Shown piece by piece: positions 54,469 to 64,000 of a DNA stretch of 64,000 nucleotides. How positions within the stretch are numbered: the stretch's first letter is position 1; the number at the start of each line of letters is the position of its first letter. The translations under genes and the position numbers were made by a program. Source of the stretch: Planctomycetia bacterium (GTDB lineage Bacteria > Planctomycetota > Planctomycetia > Gemmatales > HRBIN36); assembly GCA_016795155.1 (NCBI GenBank), contig JAEUIE010000029.1:129212-193211 (forward strand), written 5' to 3'. The notes under the pieces were generated by a model that saw only the letters and a program-made list of their open reading frames with translations, searched no databases and had not been told where the DNA came from.

Positions 54469-55911
54469 CTAAAACAACTCCTTTACCGGCTTGCCAATCT
54501 CAATAATCGGCCGCGGTCTCCCCGTGTTATCCAGATAGGTCGCATCGAGTGGCACTCCCATGTACTGGTAGATGGTTGCGGCCAGGTCGCCGGGGGTTAC
54601 CGGATTGCTCTTGATAGCTCCACCGTCGTGTTCTGTCTCACCAATCACTTGTCCATGCCGCAAGCCGCCTCCTGCCAAGCACATGGATGCAACTACAGGC
54701 CAATGGTCGCGCCCATCGGTACTTTCCTGCGTACCCATGATTGGAGTGCGGCCAAACTCGCCCATCGCAATTACCAGCACATCATCGAGCAGATCGTGGG
54801 CTTTCAAATCGCTGACTAGCGTCGTCAGCAGATGATCAAATAAAGGCAAAAGCGGCTTGAGTCCCTTACTAATGCCTCCATACGGCGGAATATTGTCGCC
54901 ATGCGTATCCCACGTGCCCGAAGCGGAATGGTAACTCAAATCGAGCGTGACAAAGGCAACCCCAGCCTGCACCAGTCGACGAGCGAGCAGTGCCTGCTGG
55001 CACCAGAGATGTTTGCCGTACTGCTCGCGAACTTTGGCAGGCTCCAGATCGAGATTGAACGCGGCTCGTGCCTTGCCGCCCAGCACCAGTTCCACCGCCT
55101 GCTGCTGATAGCGATCCATCGCACTCATGGCCCCACTATCATCAATCTCCCTGCGAAGCACATCTAGCTGTTGCGACAAACTCAGCCGCTGCGTCATGTC
55201 CGCCGTAGTAATCCCCTTCGCTCCTCGAAACAGATTAGCCTGCGTTACCTTGCCGGAATCTTTGCCCACATCTGTATAGATAGGCAGACTCGCTGCCAGG
55301 TTGCCGGGGAACGGATCAAACTCCATGCCGAGGTAGCCGCCGAAGGCAACATGCGACCGTGATTTGTGAAACGAAACATATGCAGGCATCCCCGGTGCAT
55401 TGGCCCCGCGATACTTCGAAATAATCGAACCGATAGCAGGATAAAGATGCCCGACCGGGTTCAAGCGAGGCTCCGCTTCCAGGTGCCCGGTCTGAAACAC
55501 GCGGTTTGGTTCGTGATTGCTGTTGCGAGCATCCACCGAGCGGATCAGCGTGAAGTGATCCATCATCGCCGCCTGTTTAGGCAGATGTTCGCAGATGAAT
55601 ACGCCGGGCACATTGGTGCGGATGACGCCGAACGGCCCACGGTTCTGCAGTGGCCGCGTCGGTTTGGGATCCCACGTATCAATGTGGCTGGGGCCACCCG
55701 TCATCCAGAGCAGTATGACACTTTTCTGCCCTGGACTGCGTTTGCCCTTTTCGATGGCTTGTGCCCGGTGCTGCAACAATCCTGGTACCGTCAATCCACC
55801 CAAGCCGGCTAAACCTGCCTTCAGAAAATTCCGCCGGGTGGAATACGTCAACCCTTCCCGCGTATGGGGATCGAACAACCCGAAAGCATGACCATGCTGA
55901 TGCATAACCAA
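54469..55911 (-). CDS. DUF1501 domain protein with a Tat-like signal
   Basis: It has TRRNFLKAGLAGLGGLTVPGLL, then AMGEFGRTPIMG and GRDHWPVVAS. Confidence 0.9.
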   Translation of the reverse strand: MVMHQHGHAFGLFDPHTREGLTYSTRRNFLKAGLAGLGGLTVPGLLQHRAQAIEKGKRSPGQKSVILLWMTGGPSHIDTWDPKPTRPLQNRGPFGVIRTNVPGVFICEHLPKQAAMMDHFTLIRSVDARNSNHEPNRVFQTGHLEAEPRLNPVGHLYPAIGSIISKYRGANAPGMPAYVSFHKSRSHVAFGGYLGMEFDPFPGNLAASLPIYTDVGKDSGKVTQANLFRGAKGITTADMTQRLSLSQQLDVLRREIDDSGAMSAMDRYQQQAVELVLGGKARAAFNLDLEPAKVREQYGKHLWCQQALLARRLVQAGVAFVTLDLSYHSASGTWDTHGDNIPPYGGISKGLKPLLPLFDHLLTTLVSDLKAHDLLDDVLVIAMGEFGRTPIMGTQESTDGRDHWPVVASMCLAGGGLRHGQVIGETEHDGGAIKSNPVTPGDLAATIYQYMGVPLDATYLDNTGRPRPIIEIGKPVKELF

Positions 55912-56043
55912 TCAAGGCGGGAAAACTGGCAGGGAAGTATGCAAGCTTACACGAGGTAAGCATTGAATGCAACAAACTGTTGCTTTGTTATCGGTGGGAT
56001 GGCAGACTCTGTTGTTCCAGTTGAAGCCGATGGAAGCCCGAAA

Positions 56044-57444
56044 ATGCGAATGATTTCCCTGGTTATCATGCTGCTCCTTTTGCAAACCGTGCAGAGTGGG
56101 GAACCCACAAGGCCTAACATCCTCTTCCTCTTCGCCGACGATCAGCGGGCCGATACCATTGCAGCCCTGGGCAACAGGCATATCAAAACACCGAACCTCG
56201 ATCGGCTGGTGCAGCGAGGCATCAGTTTTGATCAGGCCTACATGCAGGGAGGCATGCATGGCGCCACCTGCATTCCGTCCCGTGCCATGCTGCTTTCCGG
56301 CAGGTCACTCTTTCACATCGATGAACGTCTGAAACAACATCCGACCTGGCCCTATGCCTTCGGGCAGGCAGGATACACCACATTCATCACCGGCAAATGG
56401 CACAACAACGCTGATTCCATCCCGTTCAGTTTTCAGCAGGCCCGTTCCATCTTTGCAGGCGGCATGACTAATCCCTTGCAGGCAAAGCTCATTCATCTGG
56501 AACAGGGAAAAATGACAGCGCCTCAGTTGGCACCCAAACACGCCTGCGAAGTCTTTGCCGATGAAGCTATCCGGTTCATTTCACAGCATCAGGGTAGTCC
56601 GTTTCTCTGCTATGTGCCCTTCGATGCACCTCATGATCCGCACATCGTGCCCGATGATTTTCCAGTTCACTATGATCCCGCCAGCCTGCCAGTACCTGCC
56701 AACTTTCTTCCTCAGCATCCCTTTGATAATGGGGAAATGGTGGTGCGTGATGAAAAGCTGTTACCTTGGCCACGCACACCACAGCAGATCAGGGAGATGC
56801 TGGCAGAGTACTATCGCTATGTTTCGCATCTCGATGCCCAGGTAGGTCGCATTCTCGATGCTCTCGAAAAATCGCCTCACGCATCCAACACCATTGTGGT
56901 ATTCGCTGCTGATTCCGGCGTAGCCCGTGGCAGCCACGGGCTGATCGGCAAGCAGAACCTCTACGAGCATTCCATTCGCGTGCCACTTATCATCACCGGT
57001 CCGGGGATTGCCACCGGCCAGCAAACGCAGGCTATGTGCTATCTTTTCGATGTGTTTCCCACCCTGGGCGAACTCTGTCGGGTGAAAGCACCTTTCACCA
57101 GCCAGGGCATATCACTGTTATCGGTACTGCGTGATCCCAGGCAAAGTGCTCGCTCAGAATTACTCTTCGCCTACCGCCAGTATCAACGTGCCATCAGGCA
57201 GGGACAATGGAAACTCATCCGCTATCCAAAGGTCAATATCATTCAACTGTTCAATCTTCAAACCGATTCTGATGAAAAACACAATCTGTCGCTGCAACCT
57301 GAGCAGGCAGTGCGTGTTGCCGGTATGTCAGCACAATTAGCCAGGCTGCAGAAAGCGTTCGATGACAAAGAACCTTTGCAGGTTGAAAAGCCTCTGCCTG
57401 CAGCATGGTCTCCTCTTGTACCTGGAAATGCCAACAGGAAATAA
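56044..57444 (+). CDS. Sulfatase (arylsulfatase A family, Cys-type)
   Basis: ATG 56044 gives the signal peptide MRMISLVIMLLLLQTVQSG. It has PNILFLFADDQRAD and the formylglycine motif CIPSR at 56269..56283. Confidence 0.9.
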   Translation: MRMISLVIMLLLLQTVQSGEPTRPNILFLFADDQRADTIAALGNRHIKTPNLDRLVQRGISFDQAYMQGGMHGATCIPSRAMLLSGRSLFHIDERLKQHPTWPYAFGQAGYTTFITGKWHNNADSIPFSFQQARSIFAGGMTNPLQAKLIHLEQGKMTAPQLAPKHACEVFADEAIRFISQHQGSPFLCYVPFDAPHDPHIVPDDFPVHYDPASLPVPANFLPQHPFDNGEMVVRDEKLLPWPRTPQQIREMLAEYYRYVSHLDAQVGRILDALEKSPHASNTIVVFAADSGVARGSHGLIGKQNLYEHSIRVPLIITGPGIATGQQTQAMCYLFDVFPTLGELCRVKAPFTSQGISLLSVLRDPRQSARSELLFAYRQYQRAIRQGQWKLIRYPKVNIIQLFNLQTDSDEKHNLSLQPEQAVRVAGMSAQLARLQKAFDDKEPLQVEKPLPAAWSPLVPGNANRK

Positions 57445-57525
57445 GATCCGAATGCGCTAACTCATTGTCATGATGTGCCTGCTTGGAATCAATCAGCGAT
57501 TCAGCCTGGCAGTAAACTGAATGGC

Positions 57526-59955
57526 TTAACTACTTCCCAACCTCTCCAGCGCCTGGCTTACTTCATACTTTTGCGGATGATCGAACATGTTGGCGCTGTG
57601 GTAGTGCTTCTTCGCTTGGGCAAGCTGTCCCAGGCCTTCAGCACATTGGCCCAGCTTGTAATGCGTATCCGCACCGCTCTTGGTCGATTGACTGAAAGAC
57701 TTGAAACATTCCATTGCTTCCGCGAAACGTTGCTCCTTCAGATAAAAATCACCCAGAATTCTGCTGGCTAAATACCACTGTTCCAGATCATCACCGCTCG
57801 GCTTGTTCTGCGTTCCCAAATGATAAGCATATTCCAGAGCTTTTACGCCATTTTCGCTTTGCCCCATTCGCAGGAAACAGCGGCCGATGAGCGCCCAGCC
57901 TGCTACCCGTTCTGGAGCGATGGCGGTCAAGAGCTCCGAAAGATGCTTAGCCCATTCATACTGTTCGACTCCGGAGTTCTTGGCATCGAGAATTTCACGC
58001 GACTTTTTCAGCAGATACGACTGGTCGATCAACTTGCCAAGCTTTTCCCGATGTGCATTAATGTCATCCGGCGTGAGCGAAATGTAGCAACGATCTCTCC
58101 GTTCCAAGTACTGCGGATTCTTGGCATCGTAGAGCAGGCACTGCTCGTTGTAATGCATCGTCTGAACGACGTTGCCTTGCTTTTCGTACAGCTCAGCAAT
58201 CATGCGCAGCGTATCAGCACCACTTTGCGGTGCTTCGCTCGCCAGGATCAGGTTTTCCAAGGCATCATCCAGCCTGCCTTCATGATAGGCCTGCTCACCC
58301 ATCTGCTTGACCGTGGCAAAATAGGCCACCTTACTCTCTTCGCTCATTTCTTTCACACCGAGTAGTTTAGTCCAGGCTTTCACTTCGTTTTGAGCCTGCT
58401 TGAGCAGGGCAGGGTCATCGTGCTTCATAGCAGCATCAGCTGCCAGCTTCCATACCGCCGGTGCATGTTTCGGCTGGCCACGAACCGCAATCGCCAGTAG
58501 CTCCACGCCTCGACGATACGCTGTGGGAAGATCGAGTCGTTCCACCCCCATTTCATAAACGTACTTGTGATCGAAATCGCTGGCCTGCTGGGTGGGCGAA
58601 TCGCCTGCTTCGCGGTTGTAATCCGCCAGGGTAATATCGTTGTACAGTCGCGCTTTGAGTTGTTTCACATCGGTAGCGTCAGGATTTTCCCTGGATGCCT
58701 TCTCGGTCACCGCAATCGCAGTCATCAACTGTCCGGAGATCAGCAGCGGATCACCCACTCGTTTGCGCAGCTCATCATGCTGCATCAGAGCAAGTTGCCA
58801 TGCGGGAAGGAGTATGCCATCTCGGCTGGTCTGTTCATCCGGGCCAAATTGGCTGGCATCCAGCAGTTCTCGAAGTACTGTCGCTGCTTTGTCGTATTCA
58901 CGGGCATGAGTGTGTGCCACCGCCCGGTAATAAAAAACGGCAGGCCGCAGCGCGGGCTTCTGCACCAGTACCAGATCGAGCAACTGTTTGGCTTCCGCAA
59001 TCTGTTCAGCCGTGGGGGCATCGGCAAACAGTAAATCACGTGCTCGCTGCAGGCACAGATCAAAATCAATCAGCTTGAGCAGCCGTTCATCCTGATGCAC
59101 TTGTCGCAGGTCAATCTGCCGATGCACTTTCCAGAGCTCCTGCCTGGCCAGCCGGTGTTGCGGCGAAAAATGGAGTGCTCGCCGGAATGAAGTCAGGGCT
59201 TCTGCCGTGGCACCCTGTTTTGCATGCCCCATGCCTCTAAGCAATGCTTTGAATGCCTGCATATCCTTGAGCAGATAATGGGTGTAACCCAGATATATCA
59301 CCGTAGGCAACAGAATCGCCATGATCTGGAATGACGGCCCAACGAGCACCAGTAGGGCTATTCCCAGCAACGCACACACCAGACCGATTTCAATCTCGGT
59401 TTCTTCGGTTCGACCAGCGATCGTCAGCAGATAGAGCAGGGGCACTGCGAGCAGCAGATGCACGCCCAGAGTTATTGGGCTGGTGCCCTCGCCCAGACTC
59501 CACCCCTGCTTGCCCCAGTACATGTAGAGAAACACGGTGCCACTGATCACCAGCGCCCCAATAATGATGCGTCGCACCAGTTTCTGTGGAATCAGCCGTA
59601 AAGCAATCAGCAGGCAGCCCATGCCGACACCAACTGCCAGTGCAATACTCAAATCGAGGAACGACCAGTAGGAAAAAACCAATGTGATCAGCAGTACACC
59701 CGTAAGCAACCCAGCCAGCACACCCACATAGATCATGCGTGGGTATTCCAGCATCAGGTAGATGAGGTACTGTGGCCACGAAGTCCTGGGCTTAATCTTC
59801 TGCAAGGCCGCCTGCCTGGCAGCCAGCACGAACGCAACAATGAGTCCCAGCAGCATCAGACCGAGAACTATCAGTGTCGCTGGTATCTTGTTATGCCAGC
59901 CAAGGCAGCCCAGAATGCTCAGGGTCAGACCTTTAGTGAGGTATTCAAATAACAT
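57526..59955 (-). CDS. Polytopic membrane protein with a large TPR-repeat domain
   Basis: 809 aa. The N-terminal ~240 aa contain several hydrophobic helices, and the remainder is helical repeats with a TPR-like A/Y/L pattern. Confidence 0.75.
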   Translation of the reverse strand: MLFEYLTKGLTLSILGCLGWHNKIPATLIVLGLMLLGLIVAFVLAARQAALQKIKPRTSWPQYLIYLMLEYPRMIYVGVLAGLLTGVLLITLVFSYWSFLDLSIALAVGVGMGCLLIALRLIPQKLVRRIIIGALVISGTVFLYMYWGKQGWSLGEGTSPITLGVHLLLAVPLLYLLTIAGRTEETEIEIGLVCALLGIALLVLVGPSFQIMAILLPTVIYLGYTHYLLKDMQAFKALLRGMGHAKQGATAEALTSFRRALHFSPQHRLARQELWKVHRQIDLRQVHQDERLLKLIDFDLCLQRARDLLFADAPTAEQIAEAKQLLDLVLVQKPALRPAVFYYRAVAHTHAREYDKAATVLRELLDASQFGPDEQTSRDGILLPAWQLALMQHDELRKRVGDPLLISGQLMTAIAVTEKASRENPDATDVKQLKARLYNDITLADYNREAGDSPTQQASDFDHKYVYEMGVERLDLPTAYRRGVELLAIAVRGQPKHAPAVWKLAADAAMKHDDPALLKQAQNEVKAWTKLLGVKEMSEESKVAYFATVKQMGEQAYHEGRLDDALENLILASEAPQSGADTLRMIAELYEKQGNVVQTMHYNEQCLLYDAKNPQYLERRDRCYISLTPDDINAHREKLGKLIDQSYLLKKSREILDAKNSGVEQYEWAKHLSELLTAIAPERVAGWALIGRCFLRMGQSENGVKALEYAYHLGTQNKPSGDDLEQWYLASRILGDFYLKEQRFAEAMECFKSFSQSTKSGADTHYKLGQCAEGLGQLAQAKKHYHSANMFDHPQKYEVSQALERLGSS

Positions 59956-60143
59956 GCGACTATTTTAGAAGCTGCGCGCGAGAAACCAGCAGCGTTAGAA
60001 ACCTATCGAAGAATTTCACACTTGGGAAATGATTCTCGATGAGCCGGATGCCACGCTTTGCGTGTCTTCACGCTAACCGTGCCTTTTCATGGAATAGTTA
60101 CACCTGATGCAAAATGAGAAACCAAATCAAACTTTAAGTTCTC

Positions 60144-61199
60144 CTAAAACCGTAAGCTCAACGCTGCATTGATTATCAATCCCGACCCCAGATTAATACG
60201 GTCATAGTTGCGATCATCAAAGTTTCTACCGTTGAAATAAAAACGGTTAAACGCATAGCCTGCACCAAGTTCAGCAAACACTCGATCGAACAGTTGATAC
60301 CGCACACCACCGGTGACAGACATCTCGTAATAGAACAGCCGTTCGCGCCAGTCGCTGCGATCATCCAGAAACCAGCTTTCATTGATCCATTGCCAGCGGG
60401 CAAACAGCGAAACCTTTTCCGCCAACTGATACATCGCCTGCGTTCGGAAATTGCGAACCGGCATCCAGTTCGCCTCCAGCGTCCAGTCTTGTGTAGGCCG
60501 ATAGGTAACACTAAAAGGGATACCCAGGTTCAGCGACCAATGTTCGTTAGGTTGCCACTGATACGCAATGCCCGGAACCGGAAATCGTAATTCGCTCATC
60601 GGTGCGTAAAAGACTGAGAACAGCCATGCTGAGGTATCACTCTGCGGAACGCGCAGAAATGCCATCACGTTGGCATTCACATCCCGGCTCTGTGTGAATG
60701 GTTCGTCACTGGCTATCGTCACGCCACCCATCAGGCCCAGCATCCAGCCATCTTCCAGCTTCCGCATATACATGGTGCTCAGTCGAATGTTCCACAATGA
60801 TTCAGGAAATGCTCGTCCCGAATCAGGGAAAACGGCAGAACCCTGAAAAAGATGATTCTGCACACCGCCACTGAGAATCACCGAGTTAATATCATCGCGA
60901 TAGATCGGTGCACCCAGTCGAAGCTGCTGCCGGATGAATCCCAGTTCCGTGTTCTGCCCATCAACTTGTGCCAGCGGCTGATATTGAAGAAAATAACCAG
61001 GCCCACCTTCGTTGCCGCCAGGCCGCATAAATCCCAGATCGCGTTGTTGCGCAGTAGTGTCCCGCGTTTCTCTCTCGAAAACATTCACCGGCTGATAGGT
61101 TGGCGACACTTCATTCTGCACCGACTTGATCTCTTCCTGTGACCAGGCATGAGAAGGCAACGAAAGCAGACAAATGAAGCATATTCTGATGCTCTGCAT
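60144..61199 (-). CDS. Putative outer-membrane beta-barrel protein
   Basis: Start chosen at ATG 61199 (MQSIRICFICLLSLPSHAWSQEE signal). It has alternating hydrophobic beta-strand patterns and a C-terminal Phe (ALSLRF). The longer track ORF would overlap the divergent gene. Confidence 0.5.
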   Translation of the reverse strand: MQSIRICFICLLSLPSHAWSQEEIKSVQNEVSPTYQPVNVFERETRDTTAQQRDLGFMRPGGNEGGPGYFLQYQPLAQVDGQNTELGFIRQQLRLGAPIYRDDINSVILSGGVQNHLFQGSAVFPDSGRAFPESLWNIRLSTMYMRKLEDGWMLGLMGGVTIASDEPFTQSRDVNANVMAFLRVPQSDTSAWLFSVFYAPMSELRFPVPGIAYQWQPNEHWSLNLGIPFSVTYRPTQDWTLEANWMPVRNFRTQAMYQLAEKVSLFARWQWINESWFLDDRSDWRERLFYYEMSVTGGVRYQLFDRVFAELGAGYAFNRFYFNGRNFDDRNYDRINLGSGLIINAALSLRF

Positions 61200-61411
61200 G
61201 GAGTAACTCAGCCGCAGGTAGTTCGTTGGGGCCAGATACTCCAACGAGAACACTTTGGCAAGCAGAAGTAGTAGTGAATTCAACGCATCTCTTAAATCTT
61301 CATGAAACCAGCCAGTTTTCTGGACAAACCTATAGACTCCTAAATTTTTAGGTGTAGACTTCTCCCACAGGAACTTACCCATTTTGTCACCTTGATACAA
61401 GGAACACCTCC

Positions 61412-62014
61412 ATGCGTACCTGCATCGCGTTGCTGAGTCTCTTATTCGCAAGCATTTCGTCTCTGGATGCTCAGGAAATAAAACTCAATGCACCGCAATT
61501 CGCTTTGCTCATTAACGAGGCTGCAGTGAAAGAGTTGAAACTCACTGCAGATCAGCAGAAACAGATTGATGACATATTTGGCGACATGGTTCAGACTGTC
61601 GAAGGCGAGAAAAGACTCATCGTGCGTGGCCAGGTGGATTTGGAGGAAGTTGAAAAAGATGTTCTCAAAGTATTGAACGACACTCAGCGCAAACGCCTGC
61701 GACAAGCCTGGATCCAACTCAACGGTCCGATGGCATTGACTGACACAACCCTGGCCAAAGATGTCGGCCTCAAGGAAGAACAATCCAAAAAGATCACTGA
61801 AGCGGTCACCAACATGAATGACGCCATGCGCGATGTCTTCCACCAATCAGAAGGCGATCAGGAAAAAATGCGCGAAGGCGTAGTTAGGCTTCGCAAGAAC
61901 GCTGCCAACGACATCGAAGCCATGCTGACCCCAGATCAGAAAAAGAAACTCGAGTCACTCAAAGGCGCTAAAATCGAAGGACTGAAGAAGGAAGATAAGA
62001 AGAAGAGTAAGTAA
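61412..62014 (+). CDS. Periplasmic LTXXQ-repeat protein (Spy/CpxP-like)
   Basis: It has a signal peptide and four LTxxQ-like repeats (LTADQQKQI, LNDTQRKRL, LKEEQSKKI, LTPDQKKKL), with a Lys-rich tail. Confidence 0.55.
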   Translation: MRTCIALLSLLFASISSLDAQEIKLNAPQFALLINEAAVKELKLTADQQKQIDDIFGDMVQTVEGEKRLIVRGQVDLEEVEKDVLKVLNDTQRKRLRQAWIQLNGPMALTDTTLAKDVGLKEEQSKKITEAVTNMNDAMRDVFHQSEGDQEKMREGVVRLRKNAANDIEAMLTPDQKKKLESLKGAKIEGLKKEDKKKSK

Positions 62015-62021
62015 ACGACAC

Positions 62022-62054
62022 GGGCCATGCTGAATGCGTGGCCCTTTTTTTTTT
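62022..62054 (+). terminator. Intrinsic terminator
   Basis: The stem is GGGCCA...TGGCCC (62022..62044), followed by a T10 run (62045..62054). Confidence 0.75.
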
Positions 62055-62106
62055 CGTTTCCAAAGGATTCACCGACTTTGTACCAGGTCCAACAGGGCCT
62101 GGTGAA

Positions 62107-63024
62107 CTACCCTTTCTGTATCCAGTCGAAAAAACCCAGACGATCCAACCCCGTACGCAACTGATTCATCTGCACCTGATCCAGCGCAACATTCGGCAAG
62201 CGTGGTGGACCGACCTCTACCCCCAGAAAGCCCATGACCGCCTTGGCGGCACCCATGTAACCAAACCCGGCCAGCAACTCGATCAACTGCACCGAGCGAA
62301 ACTGTTCCCGGCGGGCTGTTTCCAGATCACCACGTTCAAACGCTGCCATCATGCGATGATAGATCGGCGCAGCAAAGTTATAACTGCTGCCCACGCCGCC
62401 CACCGCTCCCAGCGACAGTGCCGCCAGCAGATACTCGTCCACGCCCCAGGGGATGTCATACCGGCCATGCTCCACCTGCAGGCAGTTCTGGTATGCCATC
62501 AGATCCGGGTTGGTGAACTTGATGCCTGCCAGGTTTGGGATACGCTCGGTAGCCAGGCGAAGAAAATCCGACATCGGGAACGATACACCAGTCAGCACGG
62601 GTATGTCGTAAAAGTAGAAAGGCGTCTGCGGCGCTGCATCAGCAAACTCTGCACAGCAGGCAATCAGTGTATCCAGCGACTTCGGTTTGAAATAACTGGG
62701 GGATAAGGCTGCGATGGCGGAGGCGCCCAGCGTCTGTGCCTGGGCAGCCAGCATACGGGCATCGGCCAGGCAATTCGCTCCCACATGAACAATCAATCGC
62801 TGTCCGGTGCTGCGGACTACTTCGCTCCATCGCTGGGCCAGTGCCAATCGCTCCACCACCGTCAAGGAATGGCTTTCCCCCGTGGTGCCACCAATAAAGA
62901 CCGATTTGATTCCCAGTTGTAACAGAAACTCAGCCTGCTTTTCGATGATGCTGAGATTCAACTCACCACTGGCACTCATGGGCGTATGTGTGGCTGCCAC
63001 CAGTCCCGTCAGCTTCGTAGTCAT
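62107..63024 (-). CDS. DHDPS/NAL family lyase, N-acetylneuraminate-lyase-like
   Basis: LTGLVAATHTPMSASGELNLSII...VFIGGTTGESHSLTVVERL...IVHVGANCLADARMLAAQAQTLGASAIAALSPSYFKP closely parallels eukaryotic/bacterial NPL/NanA blocks. Confidence 0.7.
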   Translation of the reverse strand: MTTKLTGLVAATHTPMSASGELNLSIIEKQAEFLLQLGIKSVFIGGTTGESHSLTVVERLALAQRWSEVVRSTGQRLIVHVGANCLADARMLAAQAQTLGASAIAALSPSYFKPKSLDTLIACCAEFADAAPQTPFYFYDIPVLTGVSFPMSDFLRLATERIPNLAGIKFTNPDLMAYQNCLQVEHGRYDIPWGVDEYLLAALSLGAVGGVGSSYNFAAPIYHRMMAAFERGDLETARREQFRSVQLIELLAGFGYMGAAKAVMGFLGVEVGPPRLPNVALDQVQMNQLRTGLDRLGFFDWIQKG

Positions 63025-63056
63025 GCAGTTGTTCGCTCTTTCGGTGTAAATGCCAG

Positions 63057-64000
63057 TTACAAATCCTTCCGCGGACGGATCAGAAGTACCAGTACAATCG
63101 AAACGATAGCAGTGCTGGCAAACGCTCCGAAGATCACATTCAGCGGAACCTGCCGGTCATGCAAAATGCCAAATCCCCAGTCGGCCACTCCACCCATGCT
63201 GATACTGACAAAGTTCATGATGCCATAACCGGTCGCCCGCAACTCAGGCCGCACAATCTGCGAGAGGATAGGCATGTTGTTGCAGTCGAAAAAGCCCCAG
63301 CCTATGCCAAACAGAATGAGAAACAGGATCGCCATAGTTAACGTACCTGCATTTCCCACACCAAAGATGGCGGGCACAATCAGGCACATGCCGATGGCGC
63401 TGACATAAATCCGGCCACGCTGGCTGGTCTTCATCCAGCGATCGGCAAGCCAACCCCCAGCCACCACGCCCAGGATCGCTGCCAGTTGCCAGGGCAGCGT
63501 GGCAGCTACCCCTGCCTGTCCCTGAGGGATTGAAAAACGCTTCAGAAGAATGGCAGGCATCCAGTCGCGCACCACCCACCCCGCCATCGCTGGCAGTGTG
63601 AAGTAGAGAACCAGCAGGATAAACGAAAAGGAAGACAACAACTCCCGGACTGCATGGAACGGCGAAAGGCGTGGCATGGATGGTTGTTCCTGTGCCTGAC
63701 GCGGTTCCCGCAGCAGCAAAACCAGTGGAACGGCATACAGCATCCCGACGATGCCGCAAACGGTGAACACCATCCGCCAACCTATGTTGGGATCAGCCGC
63801 TGCATAACCGCCGAACCCACCCACGATTACGCCAAGGTAGATCGCCAACTGGTGTAGCCCGACAGCGCGTGAACGTGTATGGCCGGTGTGATGATCGGTA
63901 ATCAAGGCAAGTGCCGCAGGAATATAGAATGCTTCACTGATACCCATTAGGGAGCGTGCCCAGAGCAGTTCCTGATAGGTGGTCACCTGTCCCGTCCACC
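63057..64000 (-). CDS. MFS transporter, 5'-truncated by the window edge
   Basis: Multiple TM helices with an MFS-like loop pattern. 309+ aa is too short for a full MFS protein, and the frame stays open to the window end. Confidence 0.8.
   Translation of the reverse strand, partial: WTGQVTTYQELLWARSLMGISEAFYIPAALALITDHHTGHTRSRAVGLHQLAIYLGVIVGGFGGYAAADPNIGWRMVFTVCGIVGMLYAVPLVLLLREPRQAQEQPSMPRLSPFHAVRELLSSFSFILLVLYFTLPAMAGWVVRDWMPAILLKRFSIPQGQAGVAATLPWQLAAILGVVAGGWLADRWMKTSQRGRIYVSAIGMCLIVPAIFGVGNAGTLTMAILFLILFGIGWGFFDCNNMPILSQIVRPELRATGYGIMNFVSISMGGVADWGFGILHDRQVPLNVIFGAFASTAIVSIVLVLLIRPRKDL

Noticed and set aside
61200-61451. The N-terminal 84-codon extension of the 60144..61451 ORF.
   Set aside because: The extension overlaps the divergent LTXXQ gene start and has no signal peptide. 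The internal ATG 61199 gives a clean signal peptide (MQSIRICFICLLSLPSHAWSQEE).
1-64000. A scan for CRISPR arrays, tRNA/rRNA genes, transposases, integrases, and toxin-antitoxin or known defence gene signatures.
   Set aside because: I saw no direct-repeat/spacer periodicity, no tRNA-like T-loop/acceptor patterns in intergenic regions, and no ORF with recombinase, nuclease or defence motifs. This was by-eye inspection only, so small RNAs could have been missed.

Overview
This is a 64-kb chromosomal segment whose gene content looks like Planctomycetota. It has four DUF1501 genes, two PSCyt/DUF1549/DUF1553 genes, a PVC-type heme-binding protein, a Cys-type sulfatase, a PEP-CTERM protein, BamB-like propellers and three ECF sigma factors. 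I saw no rRNA, tRNA or CRISPR array. Coding density is high and most long antisense ORFs in the track are shadow ORFs.

Recognisable modules:
- A proline-peptide corner, with an enolase-superfamily enzyme, a DPP-IV and a 2026-aa alpha-2-macroglobulin.
- Two PSCyt/DUF1553 plus DUF1501 pairs.
- An ECF sigma / RskA-like anti-sigma locus with an FAD-oxidoreductase, DUF1365, two CFA-synthase paralogs, DUF1295, and a divergent fasciclin gene. This is the same synteny as mycobacterial sigK and the Rhodobacter sigmaE lipid operon.
- A thiol/sulfur redox island, with an ECF sigma, a soluble ZAS anti-sigma, rhodaneses and an MBL-rhodanese fusion.
- eutB, a permease and eutC.
- A low-GC patch with an ORF flanked by inverted repeats.

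The most interesting observation is in the redox island. A peroxiredoxin-like gene is only complete if an in-frame TGA, sitting exactly at the first Cys position of its CxxC motif, is read as selenocysteine (giving UxxC). A hairpin follows the TGA. The small membrane ORF immediately upstream has a second TGA followed by a GC stem with a GGUC loop. This operon and the divergent sigma operon carry near-identical promoter-like motifs (TGTAAC-N15-GGATCAA).

A radical SAM/SPASM enzyme overlapping a zinc-ribbon membrane protein, and a 719-aa orphan protein, are further unexplained items. All calls come from reading the sequence and translations by eye, and no searches were run.
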